Positions 1 to 13,339 are shown, counted from the stretch's first letter. The stretch is DNA of 64,000 nt from Mobula hypostoma (GCF_963921235.1 NC_086097.1:56918001-56982000); one strand, 5' to 3'. Numbers and translations are program-made. Notes: a model not told the origin generated them from the sequence alone.

Positions 1-639
1 CAGAATACAGTCTGTGTTTCCTGCTGCAGCCCATGGGGAAAATATGCCAACTCTATGCAGATTGAACCTGGGTTCTTGAAGTTGAGGCAGTAGCACTAGT
101 ATACCACCCATTTGTTGAATATGTTTCCCTTTCATAAATACATGCTGACTCTTCCCTACCCTATTATTATTTCCTGTATGCCCTGTAATCACTTTCAGCA
201 TTTTCACTAGTATCTTCAGGGAAGTTGATCTATAGTTCATAAGGTTATAAGAACATGCAAACTCCTGACATGTAGTTCCATGTTTTCTATGCCCTTTTAA
301 AAAAAAAATTGACTGTTTCTAAAGTATGGGAGCCATTCTAGAATCTATAGAGTTTTGGAAATTGATATCTGTGTATTCACTATCTATGTATCTACCCTTT
401 TCAATTTCCAAGTACTCTTTTTTTAAATACTGATTTCATTCATCTCTGGATTCATTTTGAGCTTATTGTTCTGTATTACATTTCTGGGACACCATTATGT
501 TTATGAAGCACTTTATCCTATATTATTTTCTTTTAGTTTATTATTGTATGCCCAAAAAGAGCAAGCAGATGTCTGGTTCAATAGTGCAGCCAGAGTTTGA
601 TAAGGGCAGTAGCAATGTATTATCCCTGCAAGTGGCCAA

Positions 640-1320
640 AGTGCTAGATCTTCCCATTCACTTTCTCTTTCACCTTGATTCAGGGTCCCAGACAGTCCTT
701 CCAGGTGAGGTAACACTTCAGCTGCAAATCTGCTGGGATCGACTATTGTATCCGGTGTTCCTGATGTAGTATCTTCTGCATTGGTGAAACCCATGAAGTT
801 GAGGGACCACTTGGTCGAGTACCTCTGCTCCATCTGCCAAAAGCGGAACTTTCCTTTCACGTTCCAACATGTCGGTCCATGGCCTCCTCTTGTGCCACGA
901 AGAGGCCACCCTCAGGGTGGAGGAGCAACTGTTGTATTCTGTCTCAGTAGCTTGCAACCTGATGGCATGAATATCGATTCCTCCTTCTGGTTTAAAAAAA
1001 AATTCCCCCCCCCCCTTCTTCTATTCCCCACTCTGGCTTCTTACCTCTTCTCACCTGTCTATCCCCTCCTGGTGCTCTTCCATCTCTCCTACCAGATTGT
1101 TTCCTCTCCAGTCATTTACCTTACTTGTCCACCAGGCTTCACCTATCACCTTATACCTATCCTTCTTCCCCTTCTCCCACCTTTATGTTGTGGCATCTTC
1201 CCCCTTCGTTTCCAGTCCTGAAGAAGGGTTTCAGCCCGAAGCATTGACTGTTCATTTCCATGGATGCTGCCTGACTTGCTGAGTTCCTTCAGCATGTTGT
1301 GTGTGTGTGTGTGTGTGTGT
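640..1320 (+). mobile_element. Penelope-like element 3' fragment: decayed GIY-YIG endonuclease plus terminal repeat with hammerhead remnant
   Basis: Residual YCIRCS*CSIFCIGET...LRDHLVEYL motif; polypyrimidine UTR; cagtc-CTGAAGA...gactg at 1213-1250; (GT)n at 1298-1320. Confidence 0.8.
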
Positions 1321-1479
1321 AACAATTTATTAACCTGATGGAGCACTTTAAAACCTGTACATTCAAGATATTGTAAGGTGCTATAAATTATAAACACTTT
1401 TGTCCTTGTGATTTCCTTTTAAAAGGTACCGTGCATGAAAACTGAAATGTTGTAACTAAAATGTTTATTGTTTCCACAG

Positions 1480-1545
1480 GGTTACTGGGGATGCGCAATT
1501 GGAAAAGCAAAAGAAGCAGCAAAAACAGAAATTGAGAAGTTGCAG
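1480..1545 (+). CDS. PSMA3: Proteasome subunit alpha type-3, internal exon ([22 protein letters not shown])
   Basis: Acceptor tttccacag|, donor |gtatgc, 66 nt. Translation matches vertebrate PSMA3 [22 protein letters not shown]. Confidence 0.97.
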
Positions 1546-1699
1546 GTATGCCAGAGATTTTGAATGAGTATAATCTTAGGGTAGAGGAACAAACTATCAT
1601 ATACAGTAATGATTTTGTTATTGAGTGACTGATCTGACAAGTAACTGAAGAACTGATACTGTTGAATATCTAAAATGTTTTTAACATGTGACACTGTAC

Positions 1700-2040
1700 C
1701 TACTAGATCTGTTGCGTTGTGGAGCCAGAGACTCCAATTCGTGTTCTGACCTTGGGTGCTGTCTGTGTGGAGTTTGTATGTTCTCCTTTGACCCTATGAA
1801 TTTCTAGGTGCTCTGATTTTCTTCCACATCTCAAAGGTGAGCAGGTTGGTAGGTTAATAGGCCACTAAATTATCTGGGTGAGAGGTAAACTCTTGGGGAT
1901 GGAGAGTTAATGAGAATATAAAAAACAATTAAAGTAGGATTATTGTAAATGTAAATTATTGTAAATTGTTTTATTGTAAATGGGTTGTTTCTGTTTAGTG
2001 TGGACATAATGGGTTGATGGACTGGTTTCTATGTTGCATC
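1700..2040 (+). mobile_element. V-SINE/HE1-like SINE
   Basis: Core gtgtggagtttgtatgttctcc...ggtgctctgattttcttccacatc followed by a CR1-like tail. Confidence 0.65.
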
Positions 2041-3159
2041 TGACCTTTGTTTCTTTTTTTTTAAAAATGACAAATCAGAATGCTGAATCAGTTTTACTGA
2101 TATCACATTAAGCCTTTGAAACTAAAGCAAATCTGAAATTTCTGTGCATGTGTCTGAAAATCTGGTACTTAATGGTGGGCTTGGAACATTTAAATCTGTC
2201 AACGAAGCTCAGCCCTCCTGGTTGGCCTGAAGCAGCTTTTGAAACTCTAGTGGTCTCCATTCCCATTGAAACTGAGATTTAGATTCCAAAGTTGGGTGCA
2301 AGTTACTTGCTAAAATTGTTTTACTTTATTTTAAGGTTTTTAATTGTTTGTATCATAGTTAAAATATGAAAATGTTATTTATAAATGATATTTAAAAATA
2401 GTAAAATAGTTCACAACTTTTACAGCTCACAAAGCTCCACACCTAGCTTTACTGGCATTTGGTGATGGCAGGATTCTGTTTGCAATGCAAAGGCCACCAA
2501 GTCAATCCGTTCAGATCCAGCAGGTTCATTGGGCAGAGTCAAACTATGAAGCAGTGACTCCAGGCATTAGAAACAGACCACTACAATTAGACCTTTAATA
2601 ATAATACATAGTGTTCTTGGATTCTCTTTTTAAAAATATTACAGAATTCACAAGTTTAATACAGTACGTCATTGGGAGAGATACTGCTACTAAATTACTT
2701 GGATTTGCAATGTTATGCAAATATCATGCAACAAGTACTAGATATGTAATTTTGAAAACTAAAGTTTTACCATTCATCAATTATATATAATTGTGTTAAA
2801 ATATTAATTAAGAACAATTTTAGATAGTTCCCTCAATATCCTTGAAAAGTTAAGTACAGATAAACCTTCTGTGAGAGTAATCAAATTACACAATTTTGCT
2901 ATCAGGATGTATGTTATGGAAAAATCTAATTTGATTTTTTTTTGAAGGATACTCTGTCAATTTGTAATAAATTGCTTATGTATGTCAAGTCAGTATACCT
3001 TCTGCAAGCTGATGGTTTATTACTAGATTTAAGTCAAATCAAAACATTTCACATTAGAAACACTTAATAATATGGCTTCAAGGTGGAGGATGAAGTATGT
3101 TGGTGTCTGGGTTGAATTATCGCTTGACTGCTTCATACAAAGATTATTTTTATTTATCT

Positions 3160-3405
3160 TTTTATTTAGAGATATTGCACAGTAATAGGCCTTGTTGGCC
3201 CAGCGAGCCCGTGCTGCCTAATGACACCCATGTGACCAAATAACCTACTAACCTGTACATCTTTGGAATATTAGAAGGAAACTGGAGCACCCAGAGGAAA
3301 CCCATGCAGTAATGGGGAGAATGTACAAACTCCTTCCAGACAGCAGCAGAATTGAACCTGTTGCTGTAATCACTTTATGCTAACCACTACACTGCTATGC
3401 CACCC
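3160..3405 (-). mobile_element. V-SINE/HE1-like SINE
   Basis: Reverse complement of the same core (ggagaatgtacaaactcc, ggaaactggagcaccc). Confidence 0.65.
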
Positions 3406-3493
3406 TAACTGGACTTGTTTTGGAATGTACTGAAAATCAATGACTATCAACTGCTCACTAGAAATAAAAATTACTTTTCTCAATTGATTTTAG

Positions 3494-3540
3494 ATGAAAG
3501 ATATGACTTGCAGAGAAGTGGTTAAAGAAGTTGCAAAAAT
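3494..3540 (+). CDS. PSMA3: PSMA3 exon (MKDMTCREVVKEVAKI)
   Basis: Acceptor gattttag|, donor |gtaagt, 47 nt. In frame with the previous exon; matches MKEMTCRDIVKEVAKI. Confidence 0.97.
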
Positions 3541-4019
3541 GTAAGTTTGTATTTCAGCCATTCTTAAGAAACTGCATAGACACTTTCTGATTTACCTGCA
3601 ATAGAAAGCTGATTTTTTTTAATTCACGTGTAGGCTTGGCTGGTGCAGATGTACATCTTATTATGTTGTGTGAGGTGTCAACTATGAATTGATCCTTTTT
3701 CACAATTTCTGTGCAGAGGTGAAGCAGAGACATGGAGTGTGAAGTTTGTCTCTCAAATGGGTCATAATTGGCTGATATCAGTATATTGGGAATAATAGGT
3801 ATAAGGCCAGGTTCTCTTTGGCAATCCCTTGTAGCAGAATAAAAAATTGTTCGCCTCTCATGGTATAACATCACTCCATGTGCATATTAAATATACTGTA
3901 TATCACCAGTGTTTGAAATGGCCTGAAGTTTTTAACGCTTAAACAGTCTTTTAAACATTGCTATTGTACCTGCTTCTACACCTCCCCTCACAACATGCTC
4001 CAGGCACCTATTACTTTTT

Positions 4020-5410
4020 AGAACATAAACATGGATAGACCATTCAGCTCACAATGTTATGTCAATCTTGATGCTGATTTATACTATATGTCCTCCTCCT
4101 TTGTATCATCTATATCTCTCCATTCTCTTCATATTCATGTGTCAATCTAAAATAGTTAAGTTCCACCAAACTTCCTAATTTGACTACCATCCCTGGTAAC
4201 CTATTCCAGATATTTACCATTCTCTAGGATTTAACAAAAACTTGCCCCTCACATCACCTTTAAACTTCTCCCCCAAAGTTCTAAGTATGTATACTATATA
4301 CAAAGTTCAAAGTAATTTATTAAGTACGTATACTATATACAACCTTGAGATTCATCCTCTTGCAGGCAGCCATAAAACAAAGAAACACAAAAAACATTTT
4401 AAAAAATCCACGCAACAAAGATAGTTAAAACATCCAATGTGTGAAAAAACTAAATTGTGCAAACAATAAAAAAGTAGACAAATAATATACAGAAAATAAA
4501 CTGCAGAAAGTGAGTCCACAGCCACAGAGCCAGTTCACTGCTGAGATAAGTGCTGACCGTTGAAGGCCACAGCTGCAGAGTCTGTTCAGCACGGAAGCGA
4601 ATAAACCTCATGAAGTAGTGAGCTGAACACTAGTTTGTCCTTTACCCTTGGCTTTGATACCTTGATCTTTTTAATCTGGCTTGACACATAAATCGACCAA
4701 ACATTGGTTCGATTCTTGCTGTCAGGCCTGGGCCCCAGCACTTCGATCTGCCCCAAGTTTGCTCCAGCAAGCCTACAATCCTTAAAGGTGTGTTCTTAGG
4801 TGTCTGATGTTTTTGTCCTGCAGAAAAGTTTCTAACTGTCTATGCCTCTCATAATTTAAAAAAAACTCCCCTCAGCCGATGACACTCTAAGGCAGGGCTT
4901 CCCAACATTTTTTTTCGCCATGGATCAACACCATTAAGCAAGGGGTCAGTGGGCCCTAGATTGGGAAGCCCTGTTTTAAGGGGAATAATCCAAATTTATG
5001 CAATCTGTCCTTGAAGCCCACAACCTCTAATCTAGCCAGCATCCTTGTAAACCTCTTCTGCACCCTCTCCACCCCCTTGCTATAATGGGGCAACCAGTAC
5101 TGCACACTATACTCCAAGTATGATCTAGCTAAAATTTTATTTAGCTGCAGCATAACTACCAAACTTTAATGCTGAACATTCCTACCTACCAGTGAAGGCA
5201 AGCATTCCATATCCGTATGCTTTCTTTACCAACTTGTCCACTTGCATAGCCACTTGCAGTGAACTATGGACCTGGACCCCAGGATTCATCTGTGCCTCGA
5301 TGCTATTAAGACACCTACTATTAAATGTATACTTTCTCCTTCAGTTTGACCTCTCAAAGTGCAACAATGCACACTTGCCGAGCTTTAACTCCATCTACCA
5401 CTTCTCTGGG
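4020..5410 (-). mobile_element. Decayed CR1 LINE 3' end, interrupted by a LINE-tail insert (~4275-4775) and a MITE
   Basis: ORF 4956-5162: LEYSVQYWLPHY...ERVQKRFTRML, typical of the CR1 ORF2 C-terminus. Confidence 0.8.
4893..4973. mobile_element. 81-bp hAT-type MITE
   Basis: Perfect 13-bp TIR CAGGGCTTCCCAA / TTGGGAAGCCCTG; imperfect 8-bp TSD ctctaagg / ttttaagg. Confidence 0.8.
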
Positions 5411-5567
5411 AATTGCAAGATGATTTCTTCTATCTGATGTTCAGCTGGAGATCAAAATAGTACTGTAATAAGGACTATAAGCTACAATTTATTTATGTAC
5501 ATAAGACAATATTACTTTTGAAGATGTTTTCCTTTTGGCATTGAGATCCATAATAGATTTAAGTGAC

Positions 5568-5652
5568 ACTCACAACACGCTGGAGGAACTCAGCAGGTTG
5601 GGCAGCATCCGTGGAAAAGATTGGTCGACGTTTCGGGCTGGAACCGTCTGCC
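5568..5652 (-). mobile_element. Short Penelope-derived repeat with perfect 15-bp TSD
   Basis: atagatttaagtgac at 5553-5567 and 5653-5667. The insert carries GCCC-GAAACGTC-GAC on the minus strand. Confidence 0.85.
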
Positions 5653-6419
5653 ATAGATTTAAGTGACTTGAGCTTCACTCTTGAAATTGAGCAAAAGACA
5701 GCAAACTAAATCACTTCCTCTCACATTAAAAATCATCGTTTCCCAAAACAAACTAAGGCTAGCTTTTCAGATGGCAGATGCTTTTGTGTAATCTAAAAGC
5801 ACCTACTGTTTGACTGAAGATCAGTTTTAACAATGTGCGTTCAATTTTATCTGATGCCCTGGGGAACCCGGCTGATTTTCTCCTCATCACTCCTTCCCCC
5901 CCCCGCCCCAACTTTAGAATTATGTTTGATTTGCTGCAGCTCTTCAGTCTAGTATTCAAGTTTGTGATTTTTCTGGAAAATCTGTATAATGTAGTCAGTA
6001 CTATGGTTGAATACAGGCTAAATTGTCAGGATTGAAGTAGAATAAGTTACCTGATTAAAGAGAGAGATTACTAAGTCAAAGAGCAAAAGCTCAGTAATGT
6101 TATCCTTTCCCCTAAAATATCTAGGTTATAACTCTCCCAGGCATAAATTCATGTGTTCATCTCTGCCATTAAAAACTTACCATTAAAAAATCACTTGTTT
6201 ATTGGTGGATGACTATCTACAGTACCCAAATTAGAAGCATGATAATTTGGCACAGGAGGCACTGGTTATAAATTGAATAAACAGGTCAGTCCTATGCCTG
6301 CACAGCTGCTACAGAATGAATTTGTGGGCTGGTTTAGAGGATCTCTACTACACGTAGTAAATTCATAGATGCTACTATCTACATTTTGCTTAAGAACTAG
6401 CTGGTGCTTCCCTTGAGTG

Positions 6420-6730
6420 ATTATCTTGGTCTAGTGGTCTTATTACCAGAAAGAAGCAGTTCTTGAAGCTGTAAGATTTCAGACTTCTGTACCTCTTGCC
6501 CCATGGTAGCTGCAAAATAGATGATGTAGCCCTGATGGTGGGGATCTTTGGGTGTTGCCTTGTGGCAACATGTCCTGTGGATACTAGTGATGGTGGGGAG
6601 GTGTTGGGCCAAGTCCACTACTCTCTGCAGCTTTTATGTTCCTGCACCTTGGAATTGCCTGTCCACACCATAGTGCAATCAGTCAGGATACTTTCAGCAG
6701 TACAACTATAGTGGTTTGTTAATATTGTCC
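6420..6730 (-). mobile_element. Old Rex/Babar-like LINE 3' fragment
   Basis: Similar to other copies in the window (cttctgtacctcttgcc, cagtcaggatactttc). Confidence 0.6.
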
Positions 6731-7680
6731 AACTTTTCATCCAACCTTGAAGGTGATATCAATTATCCCTAGACCCTACTAGTAAAGCCTCTGTTTTTTG
6801 TTTTAAGACTTTAATATTCTTAAGTGACCAGAATGGAATGCATTACTATAGTTGTAGCTGTATCTGTTTGCACAGGTTCGTGCTGACTTCCCTATTTTTG
6901 AACTCTACCTTCACCTGGATACCTCCATACACTTTATTAACCACCATACAACCTTCCACTATGATGCAATTTCCATTTAGTTCTGGTCCTGCAGACTTTA
7001 TAGAAAGTATGCTTTTCAATCTACTCAATCTCACTTAACATTGCATTAAATTTAATCTAATAATTGCCTGTGCACATTTAGTAGTTGTCATCCTGCAGTT
7101 TACTACTGTCACTATTAAAGTTTTGCCTTTCACAAATTGTTTTACTCTCCCTCCCTGCACCAACCAATCCAATCTGGTATTAAAAGGCCTTGGTTTCAGG
7201 GAATATAATGTACCATCATGTTAAGAACAGTTTGTCCCTATTGTTTCTTATTATGCTGTATCTCAGTGGTTACTCATTTTGGCAACCATCACCCTGCATA
7301 TTCATCAGTGTATAATGGTCTCAAAAAGCTCACCACAGGCAATATTTTTCAAACTTGTTGGTGTAGCAAACCTACACACCTGGTTCCACCACGAGGATCC
7401 TTGTAGTTGCACTACAGTAGAAGCATAATCAGTTAAGTGACTAGGGCATGCTCAGTGAAGCAAAAAAAAATACTGAGCATTTTTGGGGCCACGAGTGTTT
7501 AGCTTGTCAGTAATGCCGCTGTCTGTTTATAGTAAATACTTAGTGGTAATAGAAAATACTGGAAATGGCAGAGCTATGTAAATGAAAACCTGGATGACAC
7601 AGTAGATGCTATGAAATCCCAGCATTTCATATTTTCAGCACCTGTATTTTGCTTTTGTATTTTCTAATGAGTGCATAGAG

Positions 7681-10600
7681 CAGCCTTTCTCAACCTTCTT
7701 GACCTGGAGGAACCCTTTGAATAACTTTCAGGTCTCTGGGAACCCCTGCGGTTTAAATAAATAAACAAATAAACAAATAAAAAATAATACAATACCTACA
7801 GCTCACGGTACGTTAGTGTGGTCAGTCAGCTTGGAGATACAATAATCCAAAAATAATTGTCAATGCTGTTTGAATAGAGAATGAATTTTTAGCCAACCTT
7901 TCTTGGAAAAAACAGTTAAGCTTATCTTACCTTTCTTGAAATTAATCTCTTTCTTTCCCTTTCATACATTTTAGAAACTTATAAGGCAAACATAATAAAT
8001 TTCTGTTAAATGACTGGCTTAAGCCAAAATGGGATTTAATTTTTCTAACGGTAAGCTCGGTAGATTTAATTTAAATAAAGGTTGTAAATTGATTTTAATT
8101 AATGCTGTTTACATGAAAATTTATTGACAATGTTGAATAGTAAAGCTACTAAAAACCATAAGCCAAATCAGTATGAATAAAAATATAGCCTAAGTTAATT
8201 TTATGCAAAGTTTTGAAAAAACGTTTTCTTACTAAGTGACATGATAGGCTCAAATGTAGCCTAGCATGTGAAACCTGTGTTTGGATTTTACTGCACAAAT
8301 ACTCAATTCTGGGTCAGACTTGAGTTAAGCACACATGAGTTCTACCTTTTTCTGAAATGAGACAATGTATATCCTTGCTCCTTATGCTTGTTAAACAAGA
8401 AAAAAATTGCTCACAGATGTAAGAGGTTGAAAATTGCAGCTACATGTTCATTGCTTTCCTATGAATGGCAGGATACTCTTCTTTCAGAGAAATCCAGAAC
8501 TTCTCCAGGAGCAGGTCAGTAAATCTCATCTGGAGTGTACATTCAGACTGCAGCTCACAAAGTTCTTCCTGTTCAAAATCAAGTTCTCAGGCTGAGCAGA
8601 AGATTCAGAAAAAGGGTCCCTCACCCAGTCATACACTTGTGTTGAAAGGGAGGGAAAATACTGATGAATCTTGTTTTGCAGTTCTTCCATGTGGCTTTCA
8701 ATAAGACTCAAGACTTTCTGATATCCTTCCTCACTCTCAAGGCCAAACAGCAGTGGAAACATTTCAAGATTTCCCTTTGCAACATGATTTTTCTGAAGAT
8801 TCAGTTTCCTTTTAAATCCAAGAATCTTGTCAAGCCAAGTCACTTTTTTTTGTCATTTCGACCATAACTGCTGGTACAGTACACAGTAAAAATGAGACGT
8901 TTTTCAGGACCATGATGCTACATGAACAATACAAAAACTACACTGAACTACGTAAAACAACACAAAACTACAGTAGACTACAGACCTACACAGGACTGCA
9001 TAAAGTGCACAAAACAGTGAAGGCATTAAAATAAATAATAAACAAGACAATATGCACAGTAGAGGGCAGAAGATTGGTGTCAGTGCAGGCTCTGGGTATT
9101 GAGGAGTCTGATGACTTGGGAGAAGAAACTGTTACATAGTCTGGTCGTGAGAGTCCGAGTACTTGAAGTCAAAACATTTTCTCCAGGCCTTGCAGAGATT
9201 GTTCAACTGGCTCATATGATGAATAATGTCTGCTAAGTAGGCTAGTTTCTGCAGCCATTTTTCATCTTCAGACTAGCAAAATCTGGCCTACTATTTTCTT
9301 GAAAGTACTCCTGGAATTCAACTTTCAACTCAAACACTCTGTTGAGAACTCTACCTCTGCTAAGCCACTGGATTTCTGTATGTAGCAAGAGATTGGTGTA
9401 CTCTTTGTCCATGTCTTCATTCAGTTTTTTAAACATTCTCGATTGAACTGGTATTTGTTTAATAAAGTTAACCAATTTTGCAGCATCATCCAGAACCTTT
9501 TTTTTCATTTCATCTCCCAAGACTTTTTAATGTCAGCACTTCTCCGTGAACAAACAGTTTGTTGTGGCAATGTCAGAATTTTTTTTTAACAGGAGAAATA
9601 AAACTCACATGAAATCAACCATTGATGGGGCAGTTCCTCCAAGACAGACCTATTGTTTCCAGATATGAAAACAAAACGTTAAACATATCTTGGCCTTTGC
9701 TTGTTTTGGGCAGTTCTTTGCAACAGAAAAAGTTTTCTTTAATTTCATCATCATTTATAAATCCTACAAATGCTACAACATGACATTTCTTGGTGAAATC
9801 TGTTGACTCATCAACCTGGATAGAGAAGCTGTTGTTCTTCGGTGTATCACACATAACCTCTTCAACATCATGTGACGCCATTAATACATCGACTTATCCC
9901 ACTGTTTGAGAGTGAAACCTTTTCAATTTCTTGTACTGCATCTTGTCCTTGCATTTTACCCACAATAATTTTACGTAGGCATTATTAGGTTCCCACCAAC
10001 CATGTGACTTTTCCTTTTCTGTGTAATAAGTTGCTTTCTGCTTTTCTTTTACTGACTGTGACTTTATTAATAAAAACTTTACTCTATTAGAGATTCCAAT
10101 AGCTGTTTAAAATAATCAGCACTTCTACGTGTCATATGGCTGTGATTTGTAGTTAAGTGTCTTTTACAATTTTGCTGGAGCCATTGCTGCATTTGTATGT
10201 TAATTGCCACAGACTAGGCACAATGGAATAGGATAATGGATCACCAGTGCATGTAAAAACCTGTCGATAGGTAGTTTATCAGTAAATAATCAGCTTGTAA
10301 GTAAAGACGGACTATTTTTGTGTCCATTGTTGCACTAGTGCAGTGAAATGACTCATAAGATTGTAATTTTTTACCATTAACATCAGCAGAATTGTTCATA
10401 GGCCGAGGCCTAGAATCCTCCTCTTAAAAAATCACCACATTGGACCGCCTTTAGAATGACTATTTCCTACTACACCGGTTGAGTTTGTTCGCTCTTTTAA
10501 GTCCGGAAGTTGGGGGAGGTAATTTGGGACTCAACCAAATAAACATAGTTCTACTGCACACTGCCATACTGGGCTGAGAGATCTCTAATGAGATTGCTAA

Positions 10601-10741
10601 CGGGGCTGCTCGGTCACTGCCCACCACTGTTGTTTTGAACTTGGCACAACACTCAATGTTAGCACTCACAATTTTTTTTTTAAAAATCATGATCTCTCGT
10701 GGAACTCCAGGGTTCCACAAAGCCCTGGTTGAGAAACCCTG
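7681..10741 (-). mobile_element. Full-length but decayed hAT (Charlie/Buster-like) DNA transposon
   Basis: TIRs CAGCCTTTCTCAACC / GGTTGAGAAACCCTG; perfect 8-bp TSD GCATAGAG at 7673-7680 and 10742-10749. Transposase pieces FSIQVDESTD, LLLHTEIQWLSRGRVL and YDWVRDPF are split by stops and frameshifts. Confidence 0.92.
8832..9160 (-). mobile_element. Non-LTR retrotransposon 3' tail nested in the hAT transposase
   Basis: Interrupts the ENVLTSS|DKILGFKRK reading; caagtc and T-run tail at the left end. Confidence 0.7.
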
Positions 10742-11414
10742 GCATAGAGATTAAAATTGCTCAGTAAAGGAAATGAAATCTCTTGCTAATGAAGGAGAGG
10801 TTGTAAAGATAATGAACAGTTTAGAATTCTGCACCTATTTTTGTGTTAAAACTGCTTTACACCCCATCATAACATTTCTGCTTTACAAAGAATGTTATTT
10901 TAAGCAGTGTTTTTTTAGATTGAGATTTAACTGCTAAATCCAGAAAATTGTTTGATCTTGCAGTTGTTTAATCTCAGTTGATCCAGCAGATGGAGCACTT
11001 GCTAATTTGTTCAGACATGTCAGTGGCGCCACGGGTGCTTGTGGCTGAGATTAGAGTTTTCACAATGCATTTCTGTAAGTGAAATTTAAGTACTTGGGGA
11101 TGTATGATTAGCACCACCACTGTCTATAACAACAAGTTTGACACCATGATTTTTTTTAACTTCATTTGATGATGAAGATGATTGAAAGTATGTCTGGGAC
11201 AAAAATCAATTTTAGGACTAATTTTTAAAATGTACTGTAAGTTTTCAACGTATTTAAAACTTATCTGGATAAATACATGGATTGAAGAGGTTTAGAGGGC
11301 TGTGAGCCATATTCAAACAGATGGGACTAACTTGTTGGGCACCACAGCTGCATGAATGAGTTGGGTGGAAAACTATGTTGTTTGATGAAACTTTATGCAA
11401 ATACACTAATTTAA

Positions 11415-11534
<120 letters not shown>

Positions 11535-11958
11535 TAAATTAATAATACTCATTTTGAGTATTCATGTTTAAAACATTAAACACATTTCGAGTTTGGTTCA
11601 CCAAATGCACAGAGTGACTCTGCATATAATTTTATCCAATCTTTAAGTCTTTAACTTAATTTATATTTTGGAGTCATTTGAGCAATTTTGTCACTGTACC
11701 AGATTAAAGAACTTGCTGCCTTGTAGTACAAGTTCAAATTGATGAGAAGTTTGGATTGTTTTTTGTCAATGCATACACTCTTCAAAGGTCAGAACGTTTA
11801 CAAACTTAATTCACATGGAACTGGCTTATTTACATGCTTAAAGGCAAAGTGGAATTCATGAATAGCCTCATGTATTATACCAATGATGATTGAATTCAGC
11901 AGTATACCTCTGCATATATACTGAATTGTAAAATATATTATTCTTATTTGTTTTGCAG

Positions 11959-12023
11959 TTACAAATGGCCGGCATGAACTTGTACCTAAAGATATAAAGG
12001 AGGAAGCAGAAAAATATGCCAAA
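11959..12023 (+). CDS. PSMA3: PSMA3 exon ([22 protein letters not shown])
   Basis: Acceptor ttttgcag|, donor |gtaatt, 65 nt. Confidence 0.97.
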
Positions 12024-12106
12024 GTAATTTCAAATATTATTCTTATAAATTTCAATAAGTGTAGCTTTTTGGAATGACTCCTCACTGGATATTTTTTCTT
12101 CCTTAG

Positions 12107-12151
12107 GAATCACTTGATGAAGAGGATGAATCTGATGAAGACAACATGTAA
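12107..12151 (+). CDS. PSMA3: PSMA3 terminal coding exon (ESLDEEDESDEDNM*)
   Basis: Acceptor ccttag| after an 83-nt intron. Acidic tail ending DNM; TAA at 12149-12151. Confidence 0.97.
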   Translation, partial: ESLDEEDESDEDNM

Positions 12152-12348
12152 TTAGTTTATTTTCCAAATATATACAGTTTGTAATGACTCCTGACTTTTT
12201 ATTTTTAAAGTTGAAATCATAGTATCAAGTTTAAAGTGTTTTCTCATGTTTGTAAATTTGAACTTGACCAAATTCCTGTAGAAATGGAGCTGGAGACAAC
12301 TTCTTGCTGTTTAAAAAAAGTAATATTATTGGTCAGATTCTGACCAGA

Positions 12349-12354
12349 AATAAA
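12349..12354 (+). terminator. Candidate PSMA3 polyadenylation signal AATAAA
   Basis: First AATAAA about 200 nt after the stop, followed by GT/T-rich sequence. Confidence 0.6.
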
Positions 12355-13339
12355 AAATTGTCCATTGAGTTGGATTTGCTTAATAGGTCTATTTGTAGTG
12401 TGTTTATTGGTAATTTGGGACTAATATATTCAAAATGTGCTCAGTGTGTGGCTAAGCTTAGTATGATCTTTCTACTTGCAGCATATTTCATCTTTGTAAG
12501 AAAATTTGTGGTTGTGGGGATAGGAACTGCTTTTTGTAGCAATTGTTACCAGAAATACTTAGAATTCAAGTTAGAATTAACTACAAAATTTAACATGGCA
12601 ATATTGCTTCATCTTGAAGCTGTGAAACAATATTGCTAGTAAGTGCATTTAGTTTCAACATTAAGGTGTCAAAGTTAAGGGCTAACTGGTGTACTGTGAT
12701 ATACCAGTTAGACATATTAGTCTATATAAAGACTTAATCCAATACAGTATTCCTATAGAACTCTTTGAGTATCAAGCAATGGCTTTTCTTCAGTCGTCTG
12801 CAGTATTACATACACTAGCAGCCTAGCATTCAGCAGCCACGGCCTTACTTCTGCAATGTTCTTCACAAATGCTGTGGTGCCCAAAAAGTGTTATAAATTA
12901 ATACATTTAAAACAAATATTCAAAGACTTGAAGTTATTGGGGAAGATGCATAAAGTGCTTAAAGTAGCATATGAAATAACTGTATTCTGCACTTCAGCTG
13001 AAAAGGAATAGAATGCTCAGACCCTATGAAACAATAGTGATAACGTGCATTATGTACAATTCTGTCACCAGTTAGTTATTAAAGAATATTCCCAGAAAAA
13101 GGGAATTGATTACAAGAGATGCTAAAAATGGAGAGGAAATTTAACTGAGATTATAAAATTGAAAGATGAAAATAGGAGATATAGGAAAGACAATTTTCCT
13201 TTGGCAAACATTTATAGATCAGAAGAAGGTTTTATTGAAATTGGAAATGCAGTAGGGGGTTTAGAACTCACTTACAGATGGAATTTCACAGACATAAAAC
13301 AAATCTAATTTACAATGTCTCTGGAAGAGAACATGAATC

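Noticed and set aside
1213..1250. Active hammerhead in this copy (also 50325 and 61965)
   Set aside because: Core mutations (GAAG, CTGATTA, CCGATGA) are predicted to inactivate them.
4274..4342. Direct repeats with a spacer resembling a CRISPR unit
   Set aside because: Only two copies, at a retroelement tail, in eukaryotic DNA.
8526..9881. ZBED/SCAND3-like host gene
   Set aside because: Stops, frameshifts, a nested insert, TIRs and TSD show a dead transposon.
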